Shown: piece after piece, positions 26,801 to 40,029 of the stretch
Layout of the letters: the number at the start of each line of letters is the position of its first letter
Numbering within the stretch: the stretch's first letter is position 1
Source of the DNA: Sphagnum compactum
Lineage: Eukaryota
Reading direction: 5' to 3'
DNA length: 64,000 bases
NCBI GenBank assembly: GCA_965153455.1
Contig: OZ234494.1
Coordinates: 1,798,001-1,862,000, forward strand
Notes under the pieces: generated by a model
What the model was told of the DNA's origin: nothing
The model's input: only the letters and a program-made list of their open reading frames with translations
The model's database searches: none
Position numbers and translations under genes: made by a program

Positions 26801-28289
26801 ATTACCCTACTTCTTTAACCTACCTTGGTAGGTGGGTACCTCCCTACCTACCTACTTATTTATTCCTATTTACCTACCTATTTAAAGATCAATTTAAAAT
26901 TTATTTTGACCAAAATTTTATTTCATTTTCGTGAACTTTGTCCACATTATGCCATGGGGTAGAATCCCATTAAAGCAAATTATGCCACATGGCAATATCC
27001 CATTATAACACATTGTGACATGTGGCATATTTCTATTGATCAATGTGGTGACATTGTAAACTGTTTAAAGTAAACATGAAAATTGAATTTACAGTTTCAA
27101 AACAAAATTATTTTAAAATCTATTATGTTACCAAATGGCAATTAGTGTGAATGGATTATATGTTAGTTATATATGGATAATCAATGGATGAAAGTGTATT
27201 TGTTGATCATATACATCATCCATGTGAAATGTGTTGACATCATAATGAGTCATTGTTCGTGATTAAGTGTTGAATGCGGCTTCACTTATGCAATTAATAT
27301 TTTTTTAGTTGTTGATGTTAGTTGCAACTTATTTGGAATCACAAACTTTAATTGAAATTTGACCCTTTTCTTTTAATGTTACATGTTTTTCATATGCCAT
27401 TTAGTTGTTGGTAAGTTTCAACTTGTGTGTATGTTATGTGTGTGTTTTCAGTCGTTTGTGTGCATGTGTAACTTGTGTACTATGTATAATTCTTTTAGTT
27501 TGTTTTATTAGGGTGTAACATGCATAGGTGGGTCATATGCATGTGTTTTGTTTGTAGTGTTGTTGGATGTGTGTATACACAACATACAACACAAACATAA
27601 AACATATTAGCATATTACACAAACCCTAATATAATAAACTACAATGAGTAATTAAATGTCCATAATTATGTGGCTAATATAAGATTTTAGATATGTGCCA
27701 TGTGTGTAGTCAATGTAATCAAAAGAGACAATTATTAATTAGCATTTGGACAATTAAATAAAACATGATGTTAGTAAATAAATCAACACAAATCCACATC
27801 AACAAAAACTACTAAACAATATAGTTAAACATACATGACACTTATTTAATCCACATCATCAAGGTTCTTAGACAAATAGTCAAAAAATACATGTTAATTA
27901 TTATTACATGTCATCTAACAATACTAGATGATTTAGTGAAAAAAGACATGCCAATTATTATGCCATGTCATCTATCATTACTAGACAATTTAACAAAAAA
28001 ATACAAGACACATGTCATAACACATTAGCTAACATTAGTAGGCATTTTAGTCAAAATGGACAAAACACCCATAATGACATGTCAACTAGCACAAAGTCAC
28101 AAGTTAGTCAAATTAAACATGACATGTTGGAATAAAGTAATAACTTTGTCATGATTGATTTGTCAATTTATATTGTATTAAATGATTGATTATTTCTTAT
28201 TATATCATCACCCTATCTGACTATTGTTTTTACTAAAACTTAGTTTTAAAAAACAGTGTCAAAGACAAGTTTTGTAATAATGACTATTC

Positions 28290-28750
28290 TATCCTTTAAA
28301 ATAATGGTTAGGATATTGTTTCCCCAATCATTGTAAGCTTTTGTGTGCTTAAGCCACAATCTTTGAAATAATATTGAATATGCTTCCTATCCTAATTCCA
28401 TATTCAATACAATCACAAAGACCTTGTATGAACACTTTGCCAAATCTATTTTCAAGTTAATCAATCCAATAGGCTACACCTTTCATTGGTCAACCATATA
28501 GACCATGAAAGGAACTAGTTGAAGCCTTTTCAACCCTAGCTTCTTTTTCAATTCTTTTAAAATGATGTTAAATCTAGATCCTCCATCTAAAAATAAATTT
28601 CACATTCCCAACGTCATAATCTTAATTTGAACAAATAACATTGTTTCATCAAAATCTTCTAAATTTGTTCTAATAACTTCATAAACATCAACAACTTTTT
28701 ATAATTTTGTTGTTGCTCGCAAATTTTCCAATATCCTTTTCAATTCATGA
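28290..28750 (-). mobile_element. Degenerate Ty3/Gypsy-type aspartic protease fragment
   Basis: Minus-strand translation LFLDGGSRFNII..ELKKKLGL...MVDQ*KV*PIGLINLKIDL...VIVLNM...AYSILFQRLWLKHTKAYNDW resembles retroelement proteases (LLDGGS..NII; ILLGRPWL). Confidence 0.65.
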
Positions 28751-29499
28751 CAAATTCACAACAACTTTCCTAACTTCCCTTTGATTTAATGGACTAATCC
28801 ACTAAAGGGTCAAATTAAAAAACCATTTTTTTGAAAATGTTTTTTTACCTTTTGTATATGATTTATGACAAAGGTGGATTGTGGGACCCATGCAACAAGG
28901 AAACAAAATTGAAAGTAGCAACACTTGGTATTAGATGGTCATTATAAAACAAGTAAAGGCCAATGCAACATAAAATACATACCTCTTCGAGTCACCGAAC
29001 CAACCAGCTAGTTAAAAGTGTCGTGGTGTGTCTTACGACCATGTGAAAACACAACAAGCTTTCCACCACAAAATTATTTATCATTTGAAAAATTGTTATA
29101 CACAATTTTTGAAGTGGATTGGAATTTTTGTGAAGGGGGTAACCAATCCATTGAAATCACTTTTTAAAAAACTTTTGTGCAACATTACTTGTCTCAGGAC
29201 TTACAAGACTAGGAACAAAAAATGTAGCTTGTAATATTTTGGTATTAGGGTTGTAGCTAAATCATGCTAAACCTAATAGAATAGTGATTGTGACACCCAA
29301 GCTTATAACAAAGTTAGGGTTTGGCTTTGACATAATGCTTTAGCTAGAACCCTTCGGAGGTTTCTTATTTTTTTCTTGTTAATTCATTTAGTATTGTGTG
29401 GTTCATTTTGTAGACTTCAAATTACCTTGTCATAGCAGGTAATCTTTAGAAAATAGGGCCTTTGCTCTTATTAAGCCTTTTTCCTCATAGGCACCAAAC

Positions 29500-32400
29500 A
29501 TCCCATGTCCCCAAGTTATCATGTATCTAAACTTCGTAGTTCCCATTGCCCATCTGCTTTATTATCCGCCACCACAAGCCCATTTTTCACCCCATCCCCC
29601 ATGCAAACCACGAACTACCCACTAGTTCCCCCTCCCATTCCAACAAATCACACACCACCTATTAGTTCCCCTTACCCGCCCCCGTCCCTTTGTCTGAATG
29701 TCGAACCCCAACCCTACATTTTCCTAAACCCCCTTGATCATGCACATGTAGGACCTTTTCCCCTTTCCACTTTATTGGCCCCTATAGTTGCCAATGATCA
29801 GACCTCCCAACCTACCCCCATTTCCTCAACACATTCACAATTTCCACTTAAAATTTCTTGTCCCACCTATGGGCGCCAATTTACTAGTCAAAGGTTAATT
29901 TGTCATCAACATTTTTGTTAGGCATCCAATTCATCTAATCTAAACCCCTATGACCATCCCGACTCAATACCTTCTTTTGTTCCCACCCCACCTGCATCAG
30001 CTTGGACTTGGGTTTCGTCCTTGGATGTCATCGAGTCTTTCCATTTAAGCTTTTGTTGTCTTCAATTATACAACCGCATCCCTTTAATTCGTAAATTTTT
30101 TTTTGCAGTTTAATGTTGGGACATGTAGGGGAATATTTTCGAACAATTCGCGTTTTAGCACGATTTTCCCACGCACCCACGTCCTTTAACACCACCTCAG
30201 CTCTCCCTGCAGTACACCCTGAATTAGATGACTACTTCTTGCTTTTCTTTGAAAACTACAAGCTAGACCAGGACCTTGAACTTTTTTCTAATTCCTTCAA
30301 GTTGACATTCTAATGCATGCCACATTTATCGGCAAATGGTGCTTCTAGGATGGTTTTTGAACACCTTTGAGATTATTTTCACCCAAAAGATTCAACAAAT
30401 GGATTCCCTTAGTTGTTTTACCTTTGTTTTCATATTGCACAAGTCACATTCCACCTCAAATTGCATGTATCTTTGGAGTGGCCCACCTTTTAGCCATGAC
30501 CAAACCTTTAGGTGGAGTTTGTTCCACTGTAGTGGGGGAAACATTATATTGAATCACAAGTCATGCTTTATGCTTTCAATTCCACAATGCCTTAGCAATA
30601 CATTTCTCCTCACACCAATTTGGAGTTGTAACTAAAGGCGGTTGTGAAATAGTAATTCAATTAGGTGCACCTTGGACCTTCACCCCAACTAGGTTGTTTT
30701 TTAATTGGACGTGGCAAATGCCTTCAATTTGGTGTTAAGAAAGGTCATATTTTAAGAACTTTGTGTAATAGGTGGAGACCTTACACAACTCATGCCCTTT
30801 ATTCATGCATTCTATGCATTTGAGTCTCCTTTAATTATAATCATCCCATCTACCATAGGAACCTATCAAGGTGATCCCTTGGGAGGGGCACTATTCATTT
30901 TAACCCATTTTAAGGCTTTACGTTTTACATCTAGTCATTTCCATTTTTATTTAATTCCATCCATTGCAAATGACACTCACATCATAAGTCCCCTTTTAAT
31001 TGTATCATCTACATATGATCAATTTTAGACTGAATTCCATGCGATAGGTTTTTCTATTCAACTTTAAAAATGTGTAGGATGGTCACCTTTTGGCTTACCG
31101 TCTTATTTTAACACCCCATCCCAATTTACTACCCCATAGAAAGGAATTAAAATATTGGGGGTTCCATTGGGCACCTCATTAGTCATATCATCCTTCATAA
31201 AAGATGCCCTGCTAGAGGATGTTCGACATGTGAACCTTTTCCCTATAATGGGTGATGTTCAAGTAACTTTTGGAATTTTAATTCATTACTTTGTGCAACA
31301 ACCATTGTATCTCTTATAATGCGCATTTCCCTCTTCCACCTTCATAGAATCCTTTATTTCTTTTGACTCCAGCCTCCTTCAAGTGTTTGGGCGCCTTTTG
31401 GGTCCAAGATCCTTTGATAGCCCATAAAGACCTTTAGCCCATAAAAAAACCTTTCTCCTAATAACTTTTGGTGGCATTGGGCTCATATCAATAGCCACCA
31501 TTGCCCCAGTAACCTATTTAGGGAGTTGGGTCCTTATAATTTCAGTCATAATTGTTAAGTTTATGGTTGATCAATGTCCCTTCCTTCTTGAAGCTTTAGC
31601 ACAAGTCGACAACAACACCCTCCTTTTCCAATGACACCTCAAGGCAACATGTGATCTTTTACTGCCCCTGACTTGCCCGTGTCTTCATCCGTTTAAATTA
31701 CTTATCGAACAACAACTGGTTTAACTTCAAAATTCTATCTTGGAACATCTACACCAGCATACCCTTTCCAGCATGTTGTTCGATGAGATGTTTAAGGCCC
31801 ATCATGCTTGAATTTTATCATGTACTGGCCCACGGGCGGGCACTTAACTTACAACTTGACTAGTGTTCCCAACCTTTCAATTATCTTCCCCATTATTTTC
31901 CATAACATTTTGAACACAATTTAAACTACCCCATCCTTCAATTGCAGGTATTCATTAATGTGTGTGCACACATCCCATTGACCCTATTGGTATCCACTTC
32001 TTATGTTGCATTCATGGCAAACGCATGGAAACCCATGATGTAGTTTGTGACACCTTTGTTGCCATTGTGCAAGATGCTAATTTTCACATGGGACGAAAAC
32101 AACTTCATGCGTTTCTTTCAACCACGTTCAATTCCTCTTATTAACAAGTTGACATTGTGCTCACCAAAGATCATGGCATTTGCACTCTAGCCGACATTAT
32201 CATTGTTGACCCAACAGGAATGGATTTACTTCCCCAATCTTGTGCAATTGAAAGATTTGCTGCCTCCGATGTGATTCAAGCCCAAAAAAAGAACTATCGC
32301 AACGAACACCCCATTGATCAATTCTTCTTTTCAACAATTAGGGTATTTGAATGTTTACACAAATAAATTAATGTGTTTTGACACGATTATGCCAATGCCA

Positions 32401-32770
32401 TTCAGAGCTTGAAAAGGCTAGAAGGCTCTCATCTTTTTGTTTTGGTTACTTTTTTTTATCAAAAAATTTCAATCACATTAAAAAGGGTGCAAATGTCTTC
32501 CATCTTAAGTCGAATGGTAGTTGTAGGTTTAACCACTTCTTGACTTCCACCCCTTCAGAACACACCTTCCATCAACACGACTGATCTGATCTATTGTAGG
32601 CAATTGATCTTTGACATGGAGAAATATGGCCGACCTACTATAGACAATCGGTTTTTGACATGGAGAGATTTTGACATCTAGTGTTGAGCTACCTTGACAT
32701 CTTGTAACTTCTCCCTTATCCTTTTTCTTATTCCTTTGTACATTTTCCAAATCTATGGTGTGTTTACAAA
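29500..32770 (+). mobile_element. Degenerate non-LTR retrotransposon, CRE-like (RT + zinc finger + restriction-like endonuclease)
   Basis: RT motifs HQFGVVTKGGCE (~30612), LDVANAFN (~30705), QGDPLGGALF (~30867), a decayed YADD equivalent IANDTH, and ILGVPLG. The C-terminus has CVCTHPIDPIGIHFLCC..THDVVCD and DIVL...LADIII.DP. Many stops and frameshifts; boundaries approximate. Confidence 0.75.
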
Positions 32771-34539
32771 TAACGTTTTGCAGGGATTTTAAATTTTTTT
32801 TAGGAAAAAAATTTATACTTGGAATTGTTGTGAAAGGTTGTCTAGCACAATGGCAAGGACAAAATTCAACAAATAAAAGAACACAATTGTAGGCTGTTGA
32901 TGACTGGGGTGAGACCAAAATAAACTATCCGGATTAACCGCAGTCCAAACTTCTTCAAAATGCCAAGATCAAAACTTTCGATCGACAACTTCAAAAGTGG
33001 GAAAAGTACACATATTGGGCGACGAAAAGTGAAGCAAACAGTAACAAGTGAGAGTTAGTGGTTGTGTAACAAGGTGGGTAAGGAAGGAGTGGCGGAGGGC
33101 CGGCCATGGCCACGGACAACGGGCACTCCATAGCCATGGCTATGGCGGGCATTCGTGTGCATGCAGTGCGGTCTGTGCACGACACTTCCCTCACACTTCC
33201 TGCACCTCCCGCTTGACAAACAACGCTGGCGCGCTCACCCGGGGTAGACTGTCGCAGGGCACAACAGAGTGATGCCGCGGATAATTCCAGGTGCACAGCC
33301 TTGTTATTGCGGGTGGGCGAGGATGGAGAGGGGAGTAAGTCGTAGTTTGTCGTTTGCAGTGTGGTCCCGAGCATGAACGCAGGGGTTTTGTTGCTGCATT
33401 CTATCCTGATGTCATATTTGGTCGATTCCGTCGGCGGTTCGTTATTCTAGGGTGTGGTCTTAACTGCAAGCTGTGGGATCGGAATGTTGGAGTCCATGCC
33501 TCTGAAGCTCTCGTTTTTGTTACCGTGCCTGTTTAATTTGGTTTCTGAGCTCTTCTCATCCGGAGAAGTTTGTGGGGAACAGGCAGTCTTTTGAAGCTAT
33601 CACTCGTCATACCTTGGCTTTAGGGACTCATGCAAGCAATTATAGCCTTCGAGCTTGCCAGGCACTGGTGCTCGTGTCGTTTCTGGACAAGCAACTCGAA
33701 CTCGTCGCTTTTGAAAGCAATTGTACTATTGGATTCTTGTTTCGGCTGTGTCAAGGCCCCATATTGCGCTGTTACCTCCTTTCCTCAAGGCGCTTCTTCG
33801 GACTCTATTGTCCTATTAGACATCTGTATGTATGTAACGGACAATAGGAAAGTTGGGGACAAGTCAACCCGTCGCTTACTCAAGACGTCAGAGAATCTGT
33901 CTGTCTTTTAGACAGAATTTCCCTATTCTCGTCATTTTTTCCTGGTCCGAGTGCCTCCTGCTTTTTTCTCGATATATGCTTTTCTTTATTTCTGCATCGC
34001 ATTTCTTGGTCCCGATCCATATTCTCAATTAATCGGTAAAGGCAGCCCATAGTGTGCCAGCTTTGCAGTGGAACAGCTTGTGTGATACACTCGACAGGGA
34101 ATGTCGTCTTCCCGTTGATACAATTAAACTGCCTGCTTGTTCTTCTTTTCCCAGGCTCTTAGGAATCTTCAATAACCTTACATTGTTGAGATGCTGTTTA
34201 TGTCCTTGAAACATCCTGAACATCCTGAAAGTCGAAGGTGTGGAATCAGGAAGAAAGGCTTTGCTTGTGTAACTGAGATTTTGGTGTGGCAGGATCGAAC
34301 GGTCTACTGTTTGGCTCACCATTGTCGAGGACTCAACAATGGCCTTCCTGGAGACAAGAGCACTTTGTCGTAGGCAGCAGGAATGTTTTCCTTCGGACTG
34401 CATAAAGTGATGCCTCAATCATGCATTAGAGCACAACCATAAATTACTCAGGATTTGAGGATTGGAGCAGTGGAGGTTCAAGGTGTACAGAGAGGACAGT
34501 TATTGTCCAGAGGAAGAGAGTTGGTGACATGTGAAAGTG

Positions 34540-37207
34540 ATGTCAGAAGCTGATCATCATTCTCAAGCTCTCCATGCACACCGTCATGCCACACACCATT
34601 CCACCTTGAACCATAGCCTGGGTCATGGGCAGCCTGCTGATTCCCATGAGATGCATGCCCACACTCAGGCTGATGCAAATGTGCAGGCACATGGTGAAGC
34701 TCATGCCCAGGGACATATAGATGCCAATAATGTGCATGGGTATCACGTGCATCACAGGCATCCTATCCAGCACAATGAGGAGAATGGTGCAGGACTGGAG
34801 GAGCATGAGGATGACCCTGATGAAGAAGGATTAGATGAGGCTGAAATGCAGTCTGATAGTGGTCATCAAGATGTGCCCCCCCAAGTTCTTGCTGTGCGCT
34901 CTCAAGAGTCCACCCAGCTCACACTTTCTTATCAAGGCGAAGTCTATGTGTTTGACACAGTGCCACCTGAAAAGGTATTTCTACACTCTTTTTATTTCAT
35001 CACTGAGTTTTGCCCTGTTTGCCTTTGGTGTCTGTATACACAAGTTTCTGGCCCATTTGCAGTTTATAGCATACAGCCCACAATTTTCTGTCCAGGAATA
35101 TAGAAGTTCTTTTTGGTATGTAGTTCCATGAGAAGCTGGAATATCATTGGCATAATGTTGATTGTCACATGATGTTTGCAGGTCCAAGCTGTGCTACTTT
35201 TACTGGGAGGTCGTGAGATTCCTCCAGGCATGTCTGTTGGAAATGTGTCCAACCATCATAGTAGCAAGGTGCACTACTGTTGACTCATCCTTTTCTTGGC
35301 TACTTGGACAAAGAGTGCTCATTTTAGAAACTTGGAGCACACATCCAAAGTGGATCAAGTGGGCTGTGATTCCACATTCAGTCCTGTGGTATTCAAGCAT
35401 GATTCAACTGGCAGGGGCTCATGGAGCTTCCAGTGCGCATGAACATGCCACAGCGGCTTGCATCTTTGACAAGATTCCGGGAGAAGCGCAAGGAGCGTTG
35501 TTATGATAAAAAGATCCGCTACACAGTGCGCAAAGAGGTTGCTCAAAGGTGTTCCCTGTTCCTTCTCTGTATTGTGAATTTGCAAATTGTGGATTCACTT
35601 CTTCTAAGCACAATGTGCTATTGCTTGGTCATGCATTGGAAATTTGCAAGGTGATATGGATTTGATCTGGTACACTCCATGTAAGCTTCCTAAAAGTACA
35701 TGGCAGACATCTTCTGCTTAATACAAATATTCACTGTGGTCTTGGTTAATCTTAAGCAAGCTCTGTGGTAGATCCTAATGGAAGTGAGTCTGTGTTTTGT
35801 TTTGCCCAGAATGCACCGCAAAAAAGGTCAGTTTGCATCATTGAAATCTGCTGCTGAGGAGCCTACCTCTGTTGCTAATTGGGATGGCTCTCCTGCTCAA
35901 TTGGCTGGTCCCACAGCTGTGCAGCAAGAAGTAATGTAGGTCTTGATTCTCTTGCTCTTCAACTCTCAGAATCTTTTCTGTTATGTTGTAAAGAAGCTTT
36001 GGAATAGCGAAATAGAATATCAGAAAGTCCTCACATAGAAGAATAAAATTGCAGATGATATGTCCAACACCAATGACAGTGACTGATATTCCAAATGAAT
36101 AATCTTTCTCAAGTACTGGTGATGATTGCAAAGCAATATCCCTGTGCAATTTGCCAGAAGATGAGCATTTATCCCTGTTGATGGTTATGTCTTGACAGCT
36201 TCGAGTTGTTGTGCCGATGAATTGCTACTTGATCTTCAGCAATAGTTGATCGGACAATGTAGATGTTTAAATGCCATGTGGCATACCAGCTCACATATCA
36301 GTGGACACAAGGGATGAACGGACATCTGTTGGGCTAGATGTCAGGTTTTTCTGGTTTTAAAACCCCTTCTTGAATGCAGGTGTGTGCATTGTGGTATTGG
36401 AGAGCGGTTAACTCCCATGATGCGTCGTGGACCAGCAGGACCTCGAACTCTGTGTAATGCATGTGGCTTAATGTGGGCAAATAAGGTCAGCTCATTTCAT
36501 TAGAACTTAGAAGAAGTGGCAACGTACAATATTTTTGGCATTGCCTGACAATCTTCTGATTGGAGAACAGGGGGTGTTGAGAGATCTATCAAAGAATGTA
36601 CCAGTTTCACAAACAACACCACAACCACAAGCTTTGCTACAACAAGTAAGCTCATCTGATGCAGTGATACTTTCACACCAATCTGAAATTTTTGTCTTGT
36701 GGATGGCAATGGGTTATCAGCTGTTCTTTGTGCAGACCAAGGTTTATCAGGTCTTGATCAACAGGAGTATTAGTAATGTGACACTGCCTGAATACATCCT
36801 GATGTTTATGTATTCCTGTGTTAGGAGAAATGACTGATAAGAGAGGAGTCTTGCCTTCGTCATACAAACCATTGTAGTTGCCCTACGATTGAGAACCCAG
36901 ACTTGCATGACTGCCCACTTGTCTGGGCTCTCTCATTTGCAAGAGGTCCCATCAACTCTTATTGTTAGGGGAAGCACTGTTAAGGATAGTGCCATGAACA
37001 AATGTGACTGTACATTTGTGAGAGGAAAGTAACCAATCTGCAAACATTCTCATTTGAAGAGAACTGCCCTGTTGCACTGTGAGAGAAAGGATGCTGGAAA
37101 GTTGGTTTGGGTGGTGTGGATTAACAAGGACATGTATATGGTTATTGTGGATGAAGGGTTCAGATCCGTCTGCAGCAACAGGTGCAGATAGCAGCCTTGC
37201 AGCATAA
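34540..37207 (+). CDS. ZIM/ZML-type GATA transcription factor (TIFY + CCT + GATA zinc finger)
   Basis: Exons 34540-34974, 35182-35268, 35415-35548, 35810-35935, 36380-36485, 36571-36645 and 37157-37207 (the last is less certain). Domains: [30 protein letters not shown] (TIFY), [40 protein letters not shown] (CCT) and CVHC-x20-CNAC (GATA). Confidence 0.93.
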
Positions 37208-37329
37208 TGTGGACAACTCCATCTCAAGCTGTGGTAAAGTAACATGCTGTCATACTGATGCCTAGTAACACAGGAAATCAATCAAAATCTCAGCTATGTA
37301 AAATTTTGATTGAATTATTATTTATTTAT

Positions 37330-38900
37330 TTATACCCTCTGATGGTAGCTGATGACATCAGTGGGGAGTAATGGTAGCTTATAACTATCATTCATGATGA
37401 AGGTGATGGTCTGATACTTTGTGAGTGGTACTCACAAGGTTATGACTGCACTCATTCTTGTTGTGTTTGTTATAATCTGGCTGGAATTGACATTACTTTT
37501 TAAAAGTCATTTTGCAGTCTTCTCTGCAATGTCATAGAAATGTCATATTTATCTGTAGACTATGCCAAGAGCCCTAGAATGTGTGTATCAAGCTGTGGTG
37601 ATGCCAGAAAGTTCATTCTCCTATGTCTGGGCAAGTCAATTATCAAATCCTTTGCTGCTATCATAGTTCTCTTCCGGATGGGGCATAGGGTGGTAAATCC
37701 AATGCAAAGTTTGGCATGCAGTTGCTTGCTTTATTTGCCTTGGTGGGATTAAGAACCTTTCTTCGTGCCTTAGGCACTGGAATGCTATTGATGTTCCTTG
37801 AAACTTAAAAAGCAAGGGCAATGAATTTCAATCCAGTCTCTATTTCTAGCAGTTCCCACTCTCACTCAACCAGGAATCGATACTATAGGACATCATGACT
37901 GGGTATTCCTGTTGCTTCTGGAGATGCAACAGAACCTCAGGATGTAGATTTTTGTGTAGTTGTTCACCTGAAAGTTTGACCAAATTATGATATATATCTA
38001 CACCTACTGTGAGGAGCTGATGAAGTCAGTTGGGTAATGTCAGTTATTCATTGCCATTCATCATAAAGGTGATGGTCTAATATTTTGTGAGTAACATGGT
38101 TGCTTACAAGGTTATGACTTCACTTGTTCTCATCATGCGCAATTTGGCTTTGCTGGACTGACACAACAGTTACCTTCAAAGTGTCATCGTGGAGTTTTTC
38201 CTGCAATCTTGTAGATATGTTTTCCGATGGCTACCATAGTGCATCCAAGTTGTTACCCATGGTGTGCTTGAAGGATTTGTTTATGTTGCAGGAGGGAACA
38301 ACAATATGCTTTATTTAGGCCTCTCTATGCCTGAGGCTTAGATGCTTGCTTTTACAGGGGCAAAGCTAAAATGAAACAAGCTTACCCTCAAAAGTCTCTT
38401 GCTGCTTGAATGAGGATACTATTGATGCTATCAGCGACCATTTTAGTTCAGCTGACATCATGGTTGAGTCTTTCTGTTTGCTGCAGAAATGCACCAGAAA
38501 CTCAGGATGCAGAGTATAATTGTTTGCCCAAAGCTTTGAGCATATCTGGGAGTTTTTCTTTGACTTAAAAGGAAAAGTTTGTCACCTGGTCTGGTTTTTC
38601 TTAATCACGAATATGGAGATTTGTCAATACTCATGGGTGTTTTTATCCACACCCACTTATAGGAGCTGAGGAGGACAGTGGGGAGTAATGGAAGCTAGTC
38701 ACTGCCATTCATGATGAAGATGATGATTTGACAGGTGTGAGTGTAGGAGGTTATGACCACACTCTTTCTTGTCACCTCAGTTGTTGGAACTGACTCAATG
38801 GTTACCTCCAAGATGTTATTTTGTAGTTTTCTCTGCAATCTATAAGCATTCACAAATCAGATGTTTACATGCTTATCTCATCCATGGTGCTTTCTCTTGA
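37330..38900. repeat. Diverged tandem repeat, ~650-670-bp unit x~3, with a fourth partial copy at ~52910-53095
   Basis: The core AGCTGA(T/G)GA...CAGT.GGG...ATGATGAAGGTGATGGTCTGA...GTGAGT...AAGGTTATGAC occurs at ~37350, 38018 and 38667. A second shared block, GA.ATGCA.CAGAA.CTCAGGATG, is at ~37921 and ~38486. Confidence 0.8.
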
Positions 38901-40029
38901 ACTGAATTCAGTCTGATGCCAAATACCAGATGAATTGTGCAGACTTTACAGATGTAAAACCAATATATGGACTTGGGGCATCAAAAGGACGTGACGGACT
39001 ATGACTGGCCTCCAGTAACAGCAGTTGGATAATTGTTGTTCATAATCCACCATCTGCTCCCAAGAACACTTTGAAAATCAAGACTCAAATCTGTTTGTGG
39101 TATTTTCATGCAGCACTGATTGGAATCTTACAGGGTCTTGGCTTCTAAGATTAGCACTGCATCACACTTCTTGTGAACTAACATATGATTAGTGAGGCTC
39201 GTTTCATAGGTTTGCCATCTTTCATATAGTTGATGTTTTCTAAAATATAGCACCTATTTGACTTGAACGAAGGTGCCAATTTATTTATGACTGTAGTTGA
39301 TCAAGTCAGGGCTGGGTACTCTTGAGGTGTTGCAAAGGCATGCATTTTCTTTGACTTTTCCTTGTTGGGGCTTGAGTCATATGTTTTGTCTAGACTCTTG
39401 GTTGATCACTCCCAGGGCAATGGGAGTATGTGCTTGGAAAATGCTGAACAGTTTTCAATTGGCAGTTTGTCTGGAAACTCTTACTTGCCCACTTCATTTT
39501 GTACAGAGGGTCTAGACTGAAAGTAATTTTTTTTGTTTGGGTCCAAGTATTAAAGTATTGGTTGGAATTTCTGGAACTCATGAAGGACTGACAGTTTGCA
39601 GCAACCTATTGTATTAATACCAAAGTAAATCTGTAGGAAGGCTAGTCAAGAGAGGGAGGAGCAAGGTAGGACAATCAAGGGCAGCAAGCCTGTACATTGA
39701 AGACGAGGAGAGAGTGAAGAATAACAGCTGACAAAGACGACAGAATTATGAGCAATGACGATTGCCTCTGAAATTCCTTCAATGCTCGGAAGATGTGTAA
39801 CCTGTAGCTCAGTCTCCAATGCAAAAGTAAATAAATAAGTAAATAAATAAAGGAACAACACATGGCAAGGGAACAAGAGAAAAAAAAGAAAGGATCAAAA
39901 TCTAAACAAAAGACCATGCTTGAAAGTGCAGAACACACAATGGGGAACCTTAAGAGAAGATAACATGAAACTTAGGACTTAGCACGGAGCAAGTTGTGCA
40001 AGGAGATGGGTGAAAAACTTTTAAAGACA

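Noticed and set aside
37349-37414. CTGATGA as a hammerhead ribozyme core (also at 38017 and 52976)
   Set aside because: No stem II followed by GAAA and no stem III/cleavage triplet geometry.
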